Positions 30,309 through 38,979 of a stretch of 64,000 bases of DNA are shown here, piece after piece. The notes under the pieces are model-generated. The model was given only the letters and a program-made list of their open reading frames with translations. It had not been told where the DNA came from and did not search any database. Position 1 is the first letter of the stretch, and each line of letters starts with the position of its first letter. Position numbers and translations under genes: made by a program. This stretch comes from Thermoanaerobaculia bacterium (GTDB lineage: Bacteria; Acidobacteriota; Thermoanaerobaculia; UBA5066): assembly GCA_963816185.1 (NCBI GenBank), contig CAWFJJ010000005.1, forward strand, positions 32,001 through 96,000, written 5' to 3'.

Positions 30309-31364
30309 GTGAGCGCGGCGTCGCCGGTCCCGCCGTTCACGCCCGACGGCGTTCTCGCGGAGCCTCTCGCTCCCGGGGCGGAGCTCCGCCGCCTCGTCGT
30401 CATCCGCCTGCACGCGTTCGGGGACACGGCCATCACGTTTCCGCTTCTCGCCGCGTTGAAGAGACGTCGCCCGTCCCTTCGCCTCGACGTCGTGACGGAC
30501 GTGAGGTCGAAGGAGCTCTTCGAGGCCCATCGTGACGTCGACGGCGTTTACGCGTTCGAGACGCGCCGGCGGCGCCTTCCGAAGGGGCTCGCGATCCTCC
30601 GGACCGCGGCCGCGCTCCGGAGGCACGCCGTCCCCGCGGTGCTCGACCTTCAGAGGAACCGCTGGTCGCGTTTCCTGACGCGGCTCGTCGCCCCGGGCGC
30701 GTGGGCCGGCTTCGACCGGCACGCGCCACGGACCGCCCTCACGCGCTATCGCGACGCGGCAGAGGCGCTCGGCCTCGGGCGCCCCGAGCCCGTCTTCGCG
30801 CCGCATGCGCGAGAGGAGCTGCTGAGCGCCGCACGCACACGGCTCGGCTCCCTGGGATGGAACGGAAGTCGCCCGCTCGTCTGTCTGAATCCCGCGGGCG
30901 GCTGGGAGACGAAGCAGTGGCCGCTCGAGCGCTGGGTCGACCTGGGACGACGCCTCGAAGGGCGGGGCTGCCAGCTCGTGACTCTCGCCGCCGCGCCCGT
31001 GCCGCCGCGTTTTACCGCCCTCTGCGCGGCGCTCGGCGCGAGCCTTTTCGATCTCGCCGGAGCCACGACGCCCGGCGAGGCGCTCGCGCTCGTCGCGCTC
31101 GCCTCCCTCGTCGTGAGCGAGGACTCCGGACTCATGCACCTCGCGTGGGTCCAGGGAATTCCGACGCTCGCCCTCTTCGGCTCGTCGCGCTCGACGTGGA
31201 GCCGGCCGGAAGGCCCGGGCACGGACGGGTTCTACAGCGAAGACCTCTCCTGCGGGGCGTGCATGCAGCCGGCCTGTGCCCGCGGGGACCTGCTTTGTCT
31301 GATGCGCGTCTCGGTCGAAGAGGTCGACGCGCACGCCGCATCGCTGATGCGCGCCACCCCGTGA
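30309..31364 (+). CDS. Glycosyltransferase family 9 (heptosyltransferase-like)
   Basis: IRLHAFGD, NPAGGWETKQWP, SEDSGLMHLA, LALFGSS, C-terminal cysteine cluster. Confidence 0.92.
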   Translation: MSAASPVPPFTPDGVLAEPLAPGAELRRLVVIRLHAFGDTAITFPLLAALKRRRPSLRLDVVTDVRSKELFEAHRDVDGVYAFETRRRRLPKGLAILRTAAALRRHAVPAVLDLQRNRWSRFLTRLVAPGAWAGFDRHAPRTALTRYRDAAEALGLGRPEPVFAPHAREELLSAARTRLGSLGWNGSRPLVCLNPAGGWETKQWPLERWVDLGRRLEGRGCQLVTLAAAPVPPRFTALCAALGASLFDLAGATTPGEALALVALASLVVSEDSGLMHLAWVQGIPTLALFGSSRSTWSRPEGPGTDGFYSEDLSCGACMQPACARGDLLCLMRVSVEEVDAHAASLMRATP

Positions 31365-31377
31365 TGAACGACTCTTC

Positions 31378-32400
31378 CTAGCCCCTTCCGGCGAGCCGTC
31401 TTGCCGCGGCCCGGACCCGTGCCCCGAGGGTGCGAGCGCGCGGGAGGACGCGCGGGATATGCAGCGAGCCCCGCGTGAGCCCTTCCCGCGCGAGAAGGTC
31501 CGCGACCACACGGTCTGACCTTTCGAGGGACGCGGCGAGCCGTTGGAACGCCTTCCGATCGCCGATCGCCGCGAGCGCCGTGCGGAGCTCCTCGGGGGTC
31601 GCGCTTCCCGTGAGGTGCGTGTCGCCGTAAGGTGCCGCGAAAAGCGCCGGGTCGCGCGCCACCGCGTAGGGTGCTCCGAAGACGGCGCGGAAGAGCGCGC
31701 CGAGCAGGATGTTGTCGTACGCGCCCGCGGCGAAGTCCGGCTTCTCCGCGAGAAGCGTCTCGAAGCGCGGGCCGAGGACGCCGCCGGACACTTCGCGCGC
31801 GATCCGGATCGCCGTGGCGAAGCTGAAGTCCGCGAGGCGCGGGGCCGAAGACGCGGGAGACACGTCGACGATTCTCTTGCCGCGCGCGCGCACGGCTATC
31901 GCGGCGCGCTCTCCCGGCTGGCGGTAGACGGCGTGCGGCCATCTCTCGAGCGCCTCGAACGACGGCGCGAGGACGGGTGCGGTCAGCGTCCGATACACCT
32001 CGCGCCGCGCGAGGAGCGCGAAACCGCCGATGACCCCGGTACGGCGAAGCAGTGAGACCCCCGCGACGGTCGGATCCTCGAAGTGGCCGAGGAGCGACGC
32101 CGCCCACTCGCCGTCGAGAACGATGACACCCGGGTCCAGGAGAAAGAGAACGTCGCACGGCCGCTCGAGCGCCGCCTGATAGAACTCGACCTCATCGAGG
32201 GCCTCGAACGACGGGGCGAGAAACGTCGCGCCGGGGAAGAGTCTCGGCTCGAAGCCCTCGGGCGTCGCGTCGCGGAAGAGAACCACCTCTACGTCGGCCC
32301 CGGCGCCTCGGAGCGCGGGGAGGAGATCCCGCGCCAGGGACCGGAACCACAGGCGCGCGAAGTCGGAATATCGGTGGGCCGCCGCGAGGACGACTCTCAA
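31378..32400 (-). CDS. GT-A-like protein, paralog of the C-terminal part of 26613..27805
   Basis: TTG start overlaps the upstream TGA; ARLWFRSL, CDVLFLLDPGV, PTVAGVS, GGFALL align with PRIWLACL, TPFLAFVDTDV, PRVAGVS, GTFAVV. Confidence 0.7.
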   Translation of the reverse strand: MRVVLAAAHRYSDFARLWFRSLARDLLPALRGAGADVEVVLFRDATPEGFEPRLFPGATFLAPSFEALDEVEFYQAALERPCDVLFLLDPGVIVLDGEWAASLLGHFEDPTVAGVSLLRRTGVIGGFALLARREVYRTLTAPVLAPSFEALERWPHAVYRQPGERAAIAVRARGKRIVDVSPASSAPRLADFSFATAIRIAREVSGGVLGPRFETLLAEKPDFAAGAYDNILLGALFRAVFGAPYAVARDPALFAAPYGDTHLTGSATPEELRTALAAIGDRKAFQRLAASLERSDRVVADLLAREGLTRGSLHIPRVLPRARTLGARVRAAARRLAGRG

Positions 32401-32678
32401 GGATGCACGGTGCGGGGATGGTACTTGCCGTCGGGGCCGAAACCGTTCTCCCAGTCGCCGCTCGTCCACGTACCGGCCAGCCACACGCCGCCCCAGAACA
32501 CGCCGCCCAAGAACGCGCCGGACCGGAAGAGGCCGCCCATCATGACGCCGGCCTCGAATTCGCCGCCGTCCCAGGTGCAGTCAAGAAGGACGGCGCCGCG
32601 GTTCACCGTGCCGCGACCGAACGTCTCGTTCCGGTAAACCTCGCCCTCGCCGAGGACGAGAACGGGCGCGTCGGACAT
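32397..32678 (-). CDS. 93-aa Gly-aromatic pentapeptide repeat protein
   Basis: TVNRGAVLLDCTWDGGEFEAGVMMGGLFRSGAFLGGVFWGGVWLAGTWTSGDWENGFGPDG; clear paralog of the 26613 N-terminus. Confidence 0.8.
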   Translation of the reverse strand: MSDAPVLVLGEGEVYRNETFGRGTVNRGAVLLDCTWDGGEFEAGVMMGGLFRSGAFLGGVFWGGVWLAGTWTSGDWENGFGPDGKYHPRTVHP

Positions 32679-32679
32679 G

Positions 32680-33759
32680 TCACGCGATGATACGGCGAAG
32701 GTCCGGCACGAGGCTGATCGCCGCCTCGGCGACGGAGGCGAGCGGAAGAGCCACACGCTTCGGAACGCCGCCCACGGTGAGCGCCTCGGACGGAACGCCC
32801 GCCGCGTCGAAGATCCCCGCATGCCTGTCGTCCGCGAGGACCGGCCGCCCGTCCACGAGGACGAGCACGACGTTTCGCGGGGCCGCTTCGAGGACCGGCG
32901 CGTCGAGCGCGACGACGTCCGCTCTCGCTCCGGGCTCGAGGGACGGCGGCGGAAGGAAGAGCCGCCTTCTCGCCGTGGCACCGACCGCCTGCAAAAGGCG
33001 TGAGTCGGTCAGGAAGCCGAGGGCGCGCGCGGCCCTCAGCTCGTCGAGCAGCGTTCCTTCGCCGCTCACGAGCGCGTCGGTCCCGAGGAGCACGTCGAGG
33101 CCGGATTCGAAGAGCGCCCGCGGGGCTGTCGACCCGTAGAGAAATCCGTTCGAGGTCGGGCACCACACGACGGCGCAGCCGGCCGCCGCGAGCCGCGCGA
33201 CTCCCTGAGGGCCGGCACCCACGAGGTGCACCGCGAGCAGCGCGTTCGAGAGAAGGCCGCGTGCCTCGGCCTCGTCCATCTCGGCCGCGGACGCCGCGTC
33301 CGTGCCCTCCGCGAGGTGGAGCGCCCAGGGAACCGAAGAGGGAGCGGCCTTTGCATCGCGCAGCGCGTCCACCGCCGGAATCCGCACGACCCGCACGGGA
33401 AAGTCCCGGTCGAATTCGACTTCCCACGGGTCGTGATGGACGACCGACGTCGCACCGCCGAGCACGTTCTTGAGCGCGCCGAAGAGAAGCGCATCGCGAC
33501 GCGGCAGCATGTGCCGCCGCGCGAGGTCTCCGGCGAAGCGCGCATGGAGGTCCGCGCCCCACGCGGCGACGCTCGGGTAGGGGGGCTCGCCGAGGCGTGG
33601 AAGGTGGTTACGGTGAAGATGATCGTGCGCGTTCACGAGCCCGGGTAAGAGCGCGGCACCTCCGAGATCGAGCGTGAAGTCTGCCGGTCCTTCCGCCGCC
33701 CGGAGTGTTCCTTGGGCGACGTCGCGCGTCGCGTTCCGCGCCTCGAGGCGCAGCCTCAT
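32680..33759 (-). CDS. Amidohydrolase superfamily protein
   Basis: LPGLVNAHDH, LHLAEG, AVHLV, WCPTSN, LGTD, PGARADVV. Confidence 0.9.
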   Translation of the reverse strand: MRLRLEARNATRDVAQGTLRAAEGPADFTLDLGGAALLPGLVNAHDHLHRNHLPRLGEPPYPSVAAWGADLHARFAGDLARRHMLPRRDALLFGALKNVLGGATSVVHHDPWEVEFDRDFPVRVVRIPAVDALRDAKAAPSSVPWALHLAEGTDAASAAEMDEAEARGLLSNALLAVHLVGAGPQGVARLAAAGCAVVWCPTSNGFLYGSTAPRALFESGLDVLLGTDALVSGEGTLLDELRAARALGFLTDSRLLQAVGATARRRLFLPPPSLEPGARADVVALDAPVLEAAPRNVVLVLVDGRPVLADDRHAGIFDAAGVPSEALTVGGVPKRVALPLASVAEAAISLVPDLRRIIA

Positions 33760-34442
33760 TTCGAGAAACGCAGCGCGAGGAGGAGCGGCAGGCCCACGTC
33801 CGCCATGTAACGGTCCAGCTTCTTCGCGCGCTCGTAGAAGGGTCGTACCTCCACGCCGACGCCGAGCGAGCCCGAGGCGTCGAAGGTGAGCCCCGCCTCG
33901 CGCGCGGCGGCCTCGTGGGCGTCCGCTTCGTGCACGACGTGCTCGACGACGTGCGCGGCTCCGGACGCGTCGCGAAACGCGCGCGCGTGCCCGCGGCGGA
34001 TGGCATCCGGGTGGAAATCCGTCACGACGGCGTACCCGCCCTTGCGGAGAACCCGCGCGAGCTCGCGGTACAGCGGCGCGATCTTCAGGAGGTGCCCGGC
34101 CGCGAGCCGGCACCACACGACGTCGAAGCCCCCGGCGGCGAAGGGCAGCGCCCGGACGTCGCCGCCCGCGGTCGTGCGCGGCCGCGCCGGGTCGCGGCGG
34201 CCGGCCGCCAGCATCTCGAAGACGAGGTCCACCCCGCAGGCGCTCTTCGGAGCGTGCCCTTCCGGGAAGACGAGACGGCGCGCGGTGCCGCAGGCCGCGT
34301 CGAGAAGCCGCTTTCCCTCGATGTCGTGCGAGAAGAACCGGACTGCGAGCGAGTCCATCGTCGTGAGCGGGTTTTCCACGTCGTATGTCGCGGCCCAGAG
34401 CCGGTACGCCGGGCCCGTCTCGAGGGGCGGCTCTGCGCTCAC
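33756..34442 (-). CDS. Class I SAM methyltransferase (BioC-like)
   Basis: AYRLWAATYD, LDAACGT, GDVRALPF, ARVLRKGG, TDFHP. Confidence 0.88.
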   Translation of the reverse strand: MSAEPPLETGPAYRLWAATYDVENPLTTMDSLAVRFFSHDIEGKRLLDAACGTARRLVFPEGHAPKSACGVDLVFEMLAAGRRDPARPRTTAGGDVRALPFAAGGFDVVWCRLAAGHLLKIAPLYRELARVLRKGGYAVVTDFHPDAIRRGHARAFRDASGAAHVVEHVVHEADAHEAAAREAGLTFDASGSLGVGVEVRPFYERAKKLDRYMADVGLPLLLALRFSK

Positions 34443-35806
34443 GCGGGCGGCCTCAGGTGTCCGTAAGCCTGTGAGTCCGAAGGCACGAGTCCACCCTTGA
34501 GCCGTCGCGCGAAGTCTTCCACACGCCCCTTGAGAGAGCGTGAGAGCCACGGCACATGCGGGTCCTCGTGCGTCATCCAACCGCTCCACTCCGGCGTCGT
34601 CCACTCCTCGAGGGTCGCGGGCGTCGTGGAGAGCGGGTCGACGTTTCCATAGGTGCCGCGACGCTGCGGCGTGGGCGTATAGAAATAGGTGATGAGCTTC
34701 ATGTCCGGATTCACGGCGGCCAGCTTCTCCACGAACGCGAGCGTGGTCTCGACGTCCCGCTCCGGGTCGTCGGGATCGCCGAACATGAAGGAAAACTCCG
34801 GCACGACGCCGAAGCGGCGGGCCTTCTCCGCGAGGGCGAGCGTCTGAGCCGTCGTGAGGTTCTTCGACATCTTCTTCAGGGTCTCGTCGGAGCCCGATTC
34901 GGCCCCGAAGTAGGCCATCGTGAGGCCGGAGCGCCGGAGAGTCTCCCACGTGCGGTCGGGGAATCGCAGCATCACGTCGATCCGGGCCTCGCACCACCAT
35001 TTCAGCCCGAGCGGCGTCATCCTCTCGGCGAGCTCCTCGGCGCGCCCCTCCTTGAGAAAGAAATTGTTGTCGTAGAAATGCACCGCGTCCATGCCGTGGC
35101 TCTTCACGAGATAGGCGAGGTTCGCCTCGGTCCGGGCGGGCGATTCGAATTTCTGCAGGCTTCCGAGCGCCGCGATGACGCCGCAGAAGTTGCAGGTGTA
35201 CGAACAACCGATCGAGGCCTGGTAGACGCCGTTTCGCCTCCCGAACGCGGTCGGATGGAGATAGTCGTCGACGTCGATCCGGTTCCAGGGCAGCGCCGGG
35301 AACGCGTCGGGTCCCTCCCAGGCCCGTTCCGCGTTGACGCGCGCCGCGCCGCCGTCCTTCCAGCCGAGGCCTTTGACGGCGGCGGGATCGAGGCGTCCGG
35401 CCAGAACGTCGAGAAGCTCGACGAGCGTGCGTTCTCCCTGGCCGCGCACGAGGAAGTCCACGTACGGCGCGCGCAGCACGGGTGCGGGGTAGAGACTCGG
35501 GAAGTAGCCGCCCCACACGATGGGGAGCGTCGGGAAGCGCTCTTTGAGGCGGCGTGCGAGCGGAACGGCCGAGACGAGCTGAGGGCCCGGCATGACCGTC
35601 ATCGCGATGAGCGTGACGGGATCTTCCGTGAGCGCGCGCATCCCGACCCGCGTGGCGACCTCCGCCTCGAGGTCGGCGTCCGGCGGGTTTCCGTCGAGGA
35701 TCTCCCACGAAACGCCGGGGGGCAGCGCCGCGCCGAGCGCGAGGAGAGAGAGCGGGAAGCGCCGGTTCTTCGGACGCGTCGCGCGCGGGTTGAGGAAGAG
35801 GATCAC
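34439..35806 (-). CDS. B12-binding radical SAM protein
   Basis: IVWGGYFP, VRGQGE, CSYTCNFC, FYDNNF, GAESGS. Confidence 0.93.
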   Translation of the reverse strand: MILFLNPRATRPKNRRFPLSLLALGAALPPGVSWEILDGNPPDADLEAEVATRVGMRALTEDPVTLIAMTVMPGPQLVSAVPLARRLKERFPTLPIVWGGYFPSLYPAPVLRAPYVDFLVRGQGERTLVELLDVLAGRLDPAAVKGLGWKDGGAARVNAERAWEGPDAFPALPWNRIDVDDYLHPTAFGRRNGVYQASIGCSYTCNFCGVIAALGSLQKFESPARTEANLAYLVKSHGMDAVHFYDNNFFLKEGRAEELAERMTPLGLKWWCEARIDVMLRFPDRTWETLRRSGLTMAYFGAESGSDETLKKMSKNLTTAQTLALAEKARRFGVVPEFSFMFGDPDDPERDVETTLAFVEKLAAVNPDMKLITYFYTPTPQRRGTYGNVDPLSTTPATLEEWTTPEWSGWMTHEDPHVPWLSRSLKGRVEDFARRLKGGLVPSDSQAYGHLRPPA

Positions 35807-35813
35807 GCGCGCC

Positions 35814-36623
35814 TCACGCTCTCCGTGCGATCCACAAATCGAAGCGCGAAGGCTCTCGCCTCCCGAGGAGCCGCGCCTTGACGCCCCGCATCTCGTACGA
35901 GAGGGGATAGAGGACGCGGCTCTTCCGGAACGACAGGCCTGCGGACGCCGCGGCGCGCTCGAGTCTTTCGGGCGTGAGGTATTCGATCGGAGTCAGCGCG
36001 AGGAGGTCCCCCGCGAGCTCGCGAAATTTCCGTGCGGTGTCGCGCCGCTTCTCCTCGGCCATGGCGTCCCCCGACGCGCGCCGCGCGTAAAAAGGGGAGT
36101 CGAGTATAGCCACGCGCCCACCCGCCGCCATCGTGCGCGCCGCCTCGGCGAGAGCGCTCTCGAGATCCTCGGCGAGGTGAAGAGCGGCGTTGAAGACGAT
36201 GAGGTCGAAGAGAGCGTCCGAAAAAGGCAGCCCGTCGAACGACGCGCAAACGCGTCCGAACATGCGCGGCAGATGCCGCCGGAACGCGGCCCCCGCGGCG
36301 AGGCCGTCCACGTCGTCGACGCGCAGGTCGAGGGCGACACACCGGTGCCCGTCGCGCGCGAGGCGCGCGCAGAGCCAGCCATTGCCCGCGCCGAGGTCGA
36401 GAACCGAGAGCCCTCTGGCGCGCTCCTGGACGAGCGGACCGACGACGCGCGCTTTCAGGGCGTCGAACGTGCGGGCCCTGACCGCCCATTGGCTGGCGAG
36501 AGGGCCGGCGGTCAGATACGGCAGCTCGAGGAGCTCGGCTTCTCCGCCCGCGCCACGTCCCTCCGTCCGGCGGAGACGCGCGTAGGCGCGCGCCCATCGC
36601 CGGCGGGGAGGCTCGGCGGTCAT
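35814..36623 (-). CDS. Class I SAM methyltransferase
   Basis: VLDLGAGNGW, LPFSDALFDLIVFNAALH, ILDSPFY. Confidence 0.9.
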   Translation of the reverse strand: MTAEPPRRRWARAYARLRRTEGRGAGGEAELLELPYLTAGPLASQWAVRARTFDALKARVVGPLVQERARGLSVLDLGAGNGWLCARLARDGHRCVALDLRVDDVDGLAAGAAFRRHLPRMFGRVCASFDGLPFSDALFDLIVFNAALHLAEDLESALAEAARTMAAGGRVAILDSPFYARRASGDAMAEEKRRDTARKFRELAGDLLALTPIEYLTPERLERAAASAGLSFRKSRVLYPLSYEMRGVKARLLGRREPSRFDLWIARRA

Positions 36624-37450
36624 GCGGGAACGGCCGTTCGCTCGAAGTCGCAGAGCACGTGGTCGCCGAGAAAGGCGAGCGGCCGCGCGGCCAGCCGGTC
36701 GAGGCGTTCGAGCGCGCCGAGGAGGCGCGGAAAGCGCGACACGGCGGGCTCGGCGGAGCTGGGCGGAACGAAGATCCCCACGCCGCGCGTTCCGCGGAGG
36801 CGGAACCACGGCTTGAACGCACGGGCGAGCGTTCCCGGCGAGGGATACGTCACGGTGAACGACTCGCCGCCTACGCGCGCCGGTGCGGGAGAACGCGCGA
36901 GCCTCCGGAATGCCGCCCGCACCTCCCCCCGCGCCAGGAGAACGAGGATCTCGCCGGGGCAACACGGCCCGAAGACGACGAGAAGAGCGCGCCGTCCCGG
37001 GAGAAGGAGGCGCGCAAGGCCGTGCGCCACGGAGGCGTGGTCCGTCACGCAGTTCAGGGCCGCGAAGTTCGAGAACGCGCCGTCGACGCTCGTGCCTTTG
37101 CGCGCAGCCGCCCACGCGTCGACCTCCTCGAGCGAGACGCGTTCCGCCGCGACGCGATCTGCGAGGCGCGCCGCGCGCGCCTTCTCCGCGGTGCGCGCCA
37201 CCATCGCAGGGGCTCCGTCCGTGACGAGGACGCGGCGGCCGCGCTCCGCGAGAAAAAGCGCGTCGTCCCCGGTGCCGCCTCCCAGCTCGATCAGCGAGGC
37301 GCCCTGAGGGAAGGTCTTGAGGAGAGCGGTTCGGACGGCACGCCTCTGCGCGGCGACGCTCTTCCAGCCGGCGAACCGCTCGTCGAAGAGTGGCGCGAGC
37401 GCGTCGAAGGCGCGGACCGCGGGGGACAGAGTCGCCGCGTCGCCGGTCAC
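36620..37450 (-). CDS. Class I SAM methyltransferase
   Basis: AFDALAPLFDERF, IELGGGTGDDA, DGAFSNFAALNC. Confidence 0.9.
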   Translation of the reverse strand: MTGDAATLSPAVRAFDALAPLFDERFAGWKSVAAQRRAVRTALLKTFPQGASLIELGGGTGDDALFLAERGRRVLVTDGAPAMVARTAEKARAARLADRVAAERVSLEEVDAWAAARKGTSVDGAFSNFAALNCVTDHASVAHGLARLLLPGRRALLVVFGPCCPGEILVLLARGEVRAAFRRLARSPAPARVGGESFTVTYPSPGTLARAFKPWFRLRGTRGVGIFVPPSSAEPAVSRFPRLLGALERLDRLAARPLAFLGDHVLCDFERTAVPA

Positions 37451-38922
37451 GCGCTTGCGAGTCGGAGCGGATGCATGGAAGGCTTTTCGGTCCGGAAACC
37501 GGCTTCGGTCGCGGCCAGCTCGGCCCAAGCCTTGTCGAACGTCAGTCCGGCCTCGGCTGCCGCGTTGCCGCCGCCCGCGAACGCGGCGACCTCCTCGTGC
37601 AGGAGGTCGCGCACGCGACGGTAGAACGTGCTCTCGTACGTGCCGCGGAACATCATCGCGAGGTCGTCGCTGTCGCTCCAGTTCGACCGCCCGCCGAGCT
37701 GGGCCTTCACACGTTCGTAGAACAGCGTGCCCGGCAGCGGATAGGAGACCGAGACGCCCACGTCGGCGGGACGCTCCTGAAGGACGAGAGCGCGCGTCGC
37801 GACGAGGTCCTCCCACGTTTCGCCCGGGTAGCCGAGCTGCAGGAACCACGCGGGGCGGATCCCATGCGACCTGAGAAGGCGGGTCGCCAGGCGCACCTGA
37901 GAGAGGCGCGTGCCCTTGTCCATGGCGTCGAGGATCTTCTGCGCGCCCGACTCCACTCCCATCCAGACCTCCTCGGCCCCCGCGCGGGCGAGCGCGGCGA
38001 CGGCGGACGGCGTCATGAGGTCCACGCGCGACTGCATCGTGAACGGCACGCGCACCCCCTCTTTCGCGAGGGCCTCGGCGTAGGATTCGATCCAGCGCGG
38101 CGTCAGGCCGAAGATGTCGTCGGCAAACCAGAGATGGTCCGGGCGAACGCTCTCTACGAGAAGGCGCACCTCGCGTGCGACGTTCGCGGGGCTTCGCTGG
38201 GCGTAGCGCGTGCCGTACAGCGGCTTCGCGCACCAGTTGCAGTGAAACGGACACCCGCGCGTCGTCACGACGTTCCACGAAAGGCGGCCATGAACCCGCG
38301 ACCATGCCACCCGGTAGATCTCCGCATCGACGAGGTCCCACGCCGGAAACGGAAGCGCGTCGAGGTCTTCCACGAACGGGCGTACCGCCGTCTTTCGCGG
38401 CAAGGGCGTGGCCGCGGACGCGGGGCCTTCGAGCGCGAGCCCCGCGATGCCGTCGAGCGGCGCCTCGGAATCCGCGGCCCACGCGGTCGCGAGCGCGGTG
38501 AACGTGACCTCCGGCTCGCCGAGGATCACGGCATCCGCCCCCGCGGCGAGGTAGAGAGACGCGTGGTCGGTCGCGTCCGACCCGTTCACGGCGACGCGGC
38601 GCGAGCGCGCGTGGGCCGCGGCCACCATCGAGAGCGCCGCCTCGCGGTTCCGCGTCGTGCACATCTTCGTGAGGAAGTTGAAGTTGTCCTCGAGAATCCC
38701 GACGATCGCGGCATCCGAGGCCTCGAGGGCGAGCTCGAACTCGGCCTCGCTCGGCGCGAGCATCGCGTCGAACAGCTCCACGTCGAAGCCGTGCTCACGC
38801 AGGACCGACGCGACGAGGAGCGTCGCGAGCGGCGGATAGGGTTTCATCTTCCGCCACTGCTTGGCGTCGTGCGCGAGGTAGTAGGAATGCGCAAGGAGGA
38901 CCTTCGTCCGGGCTCCGCTCAT
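37447..38922 (-). CDS. B12-binding radical SAM protein
   Basis: KPYPPLATL, TTRGCPFHCNWC, FADDIF, GVESGAQ, YPLPGT. Confidence 0.93.
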   Translation of the reverse strand: MSGARTKVLLAHSYYLAHDAKQWRKMKPYPPLATLLVASVLREHGFDVELFDAMLAPSEAEFELALEASDAAIVGILEDNFNFLTKMCTTRNREAALSMVAAAHARSRRVAVNGSDATDHASLYLAAGADAVILGEPEVTFTALATAWAADSEAPLDGIAGLALEGPASAATPLPRKTAVRPFVEDLDALPFPAWDLVDAEIYRVAWSRVHGRLSWNVVTTRGCPFHCNWCAKPLYGTRYAQRSPANVAREVRLLVESVRPDHLWFADDIFGLTPRWIESYAEALAKEGVRVPFTMQSRVDLMTPSAVAALARAGAEEVWMGVESGAQKILDAMDKGTRLSQVRLATRLLRSHGIRPAWFLQLGYPGETWEDLVATRALVLQERPADVGVSVSYPLPGTLFYERVKAQLGGRSNWSDSDDLAMMFRGTYESTFYRRVRDLLHEEVAAFAGGGNAAAEAGLTFDKAWAELAATEAGFRTEKPSMHPLRLASA

Positions 38923-38979
38923 CGCGACTGAGACTAAGTCGGGCCGTCTTCAAATTCTGTGACGTGGGTTCCAATATCG

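Noticed and set aside
33756-34442. Assigning the symbol bioC
   Set aside because: No biotin genes are nearby and it sits in the radical SAM operon; similarity is family-level only.
38923-38979. Possible RiPP precursor next to the radical SAM and kinase genes
   Set aside because: The gap is too short and has no SD-led ORF; no lasso-type precursor or PqqD was seen in the locus.
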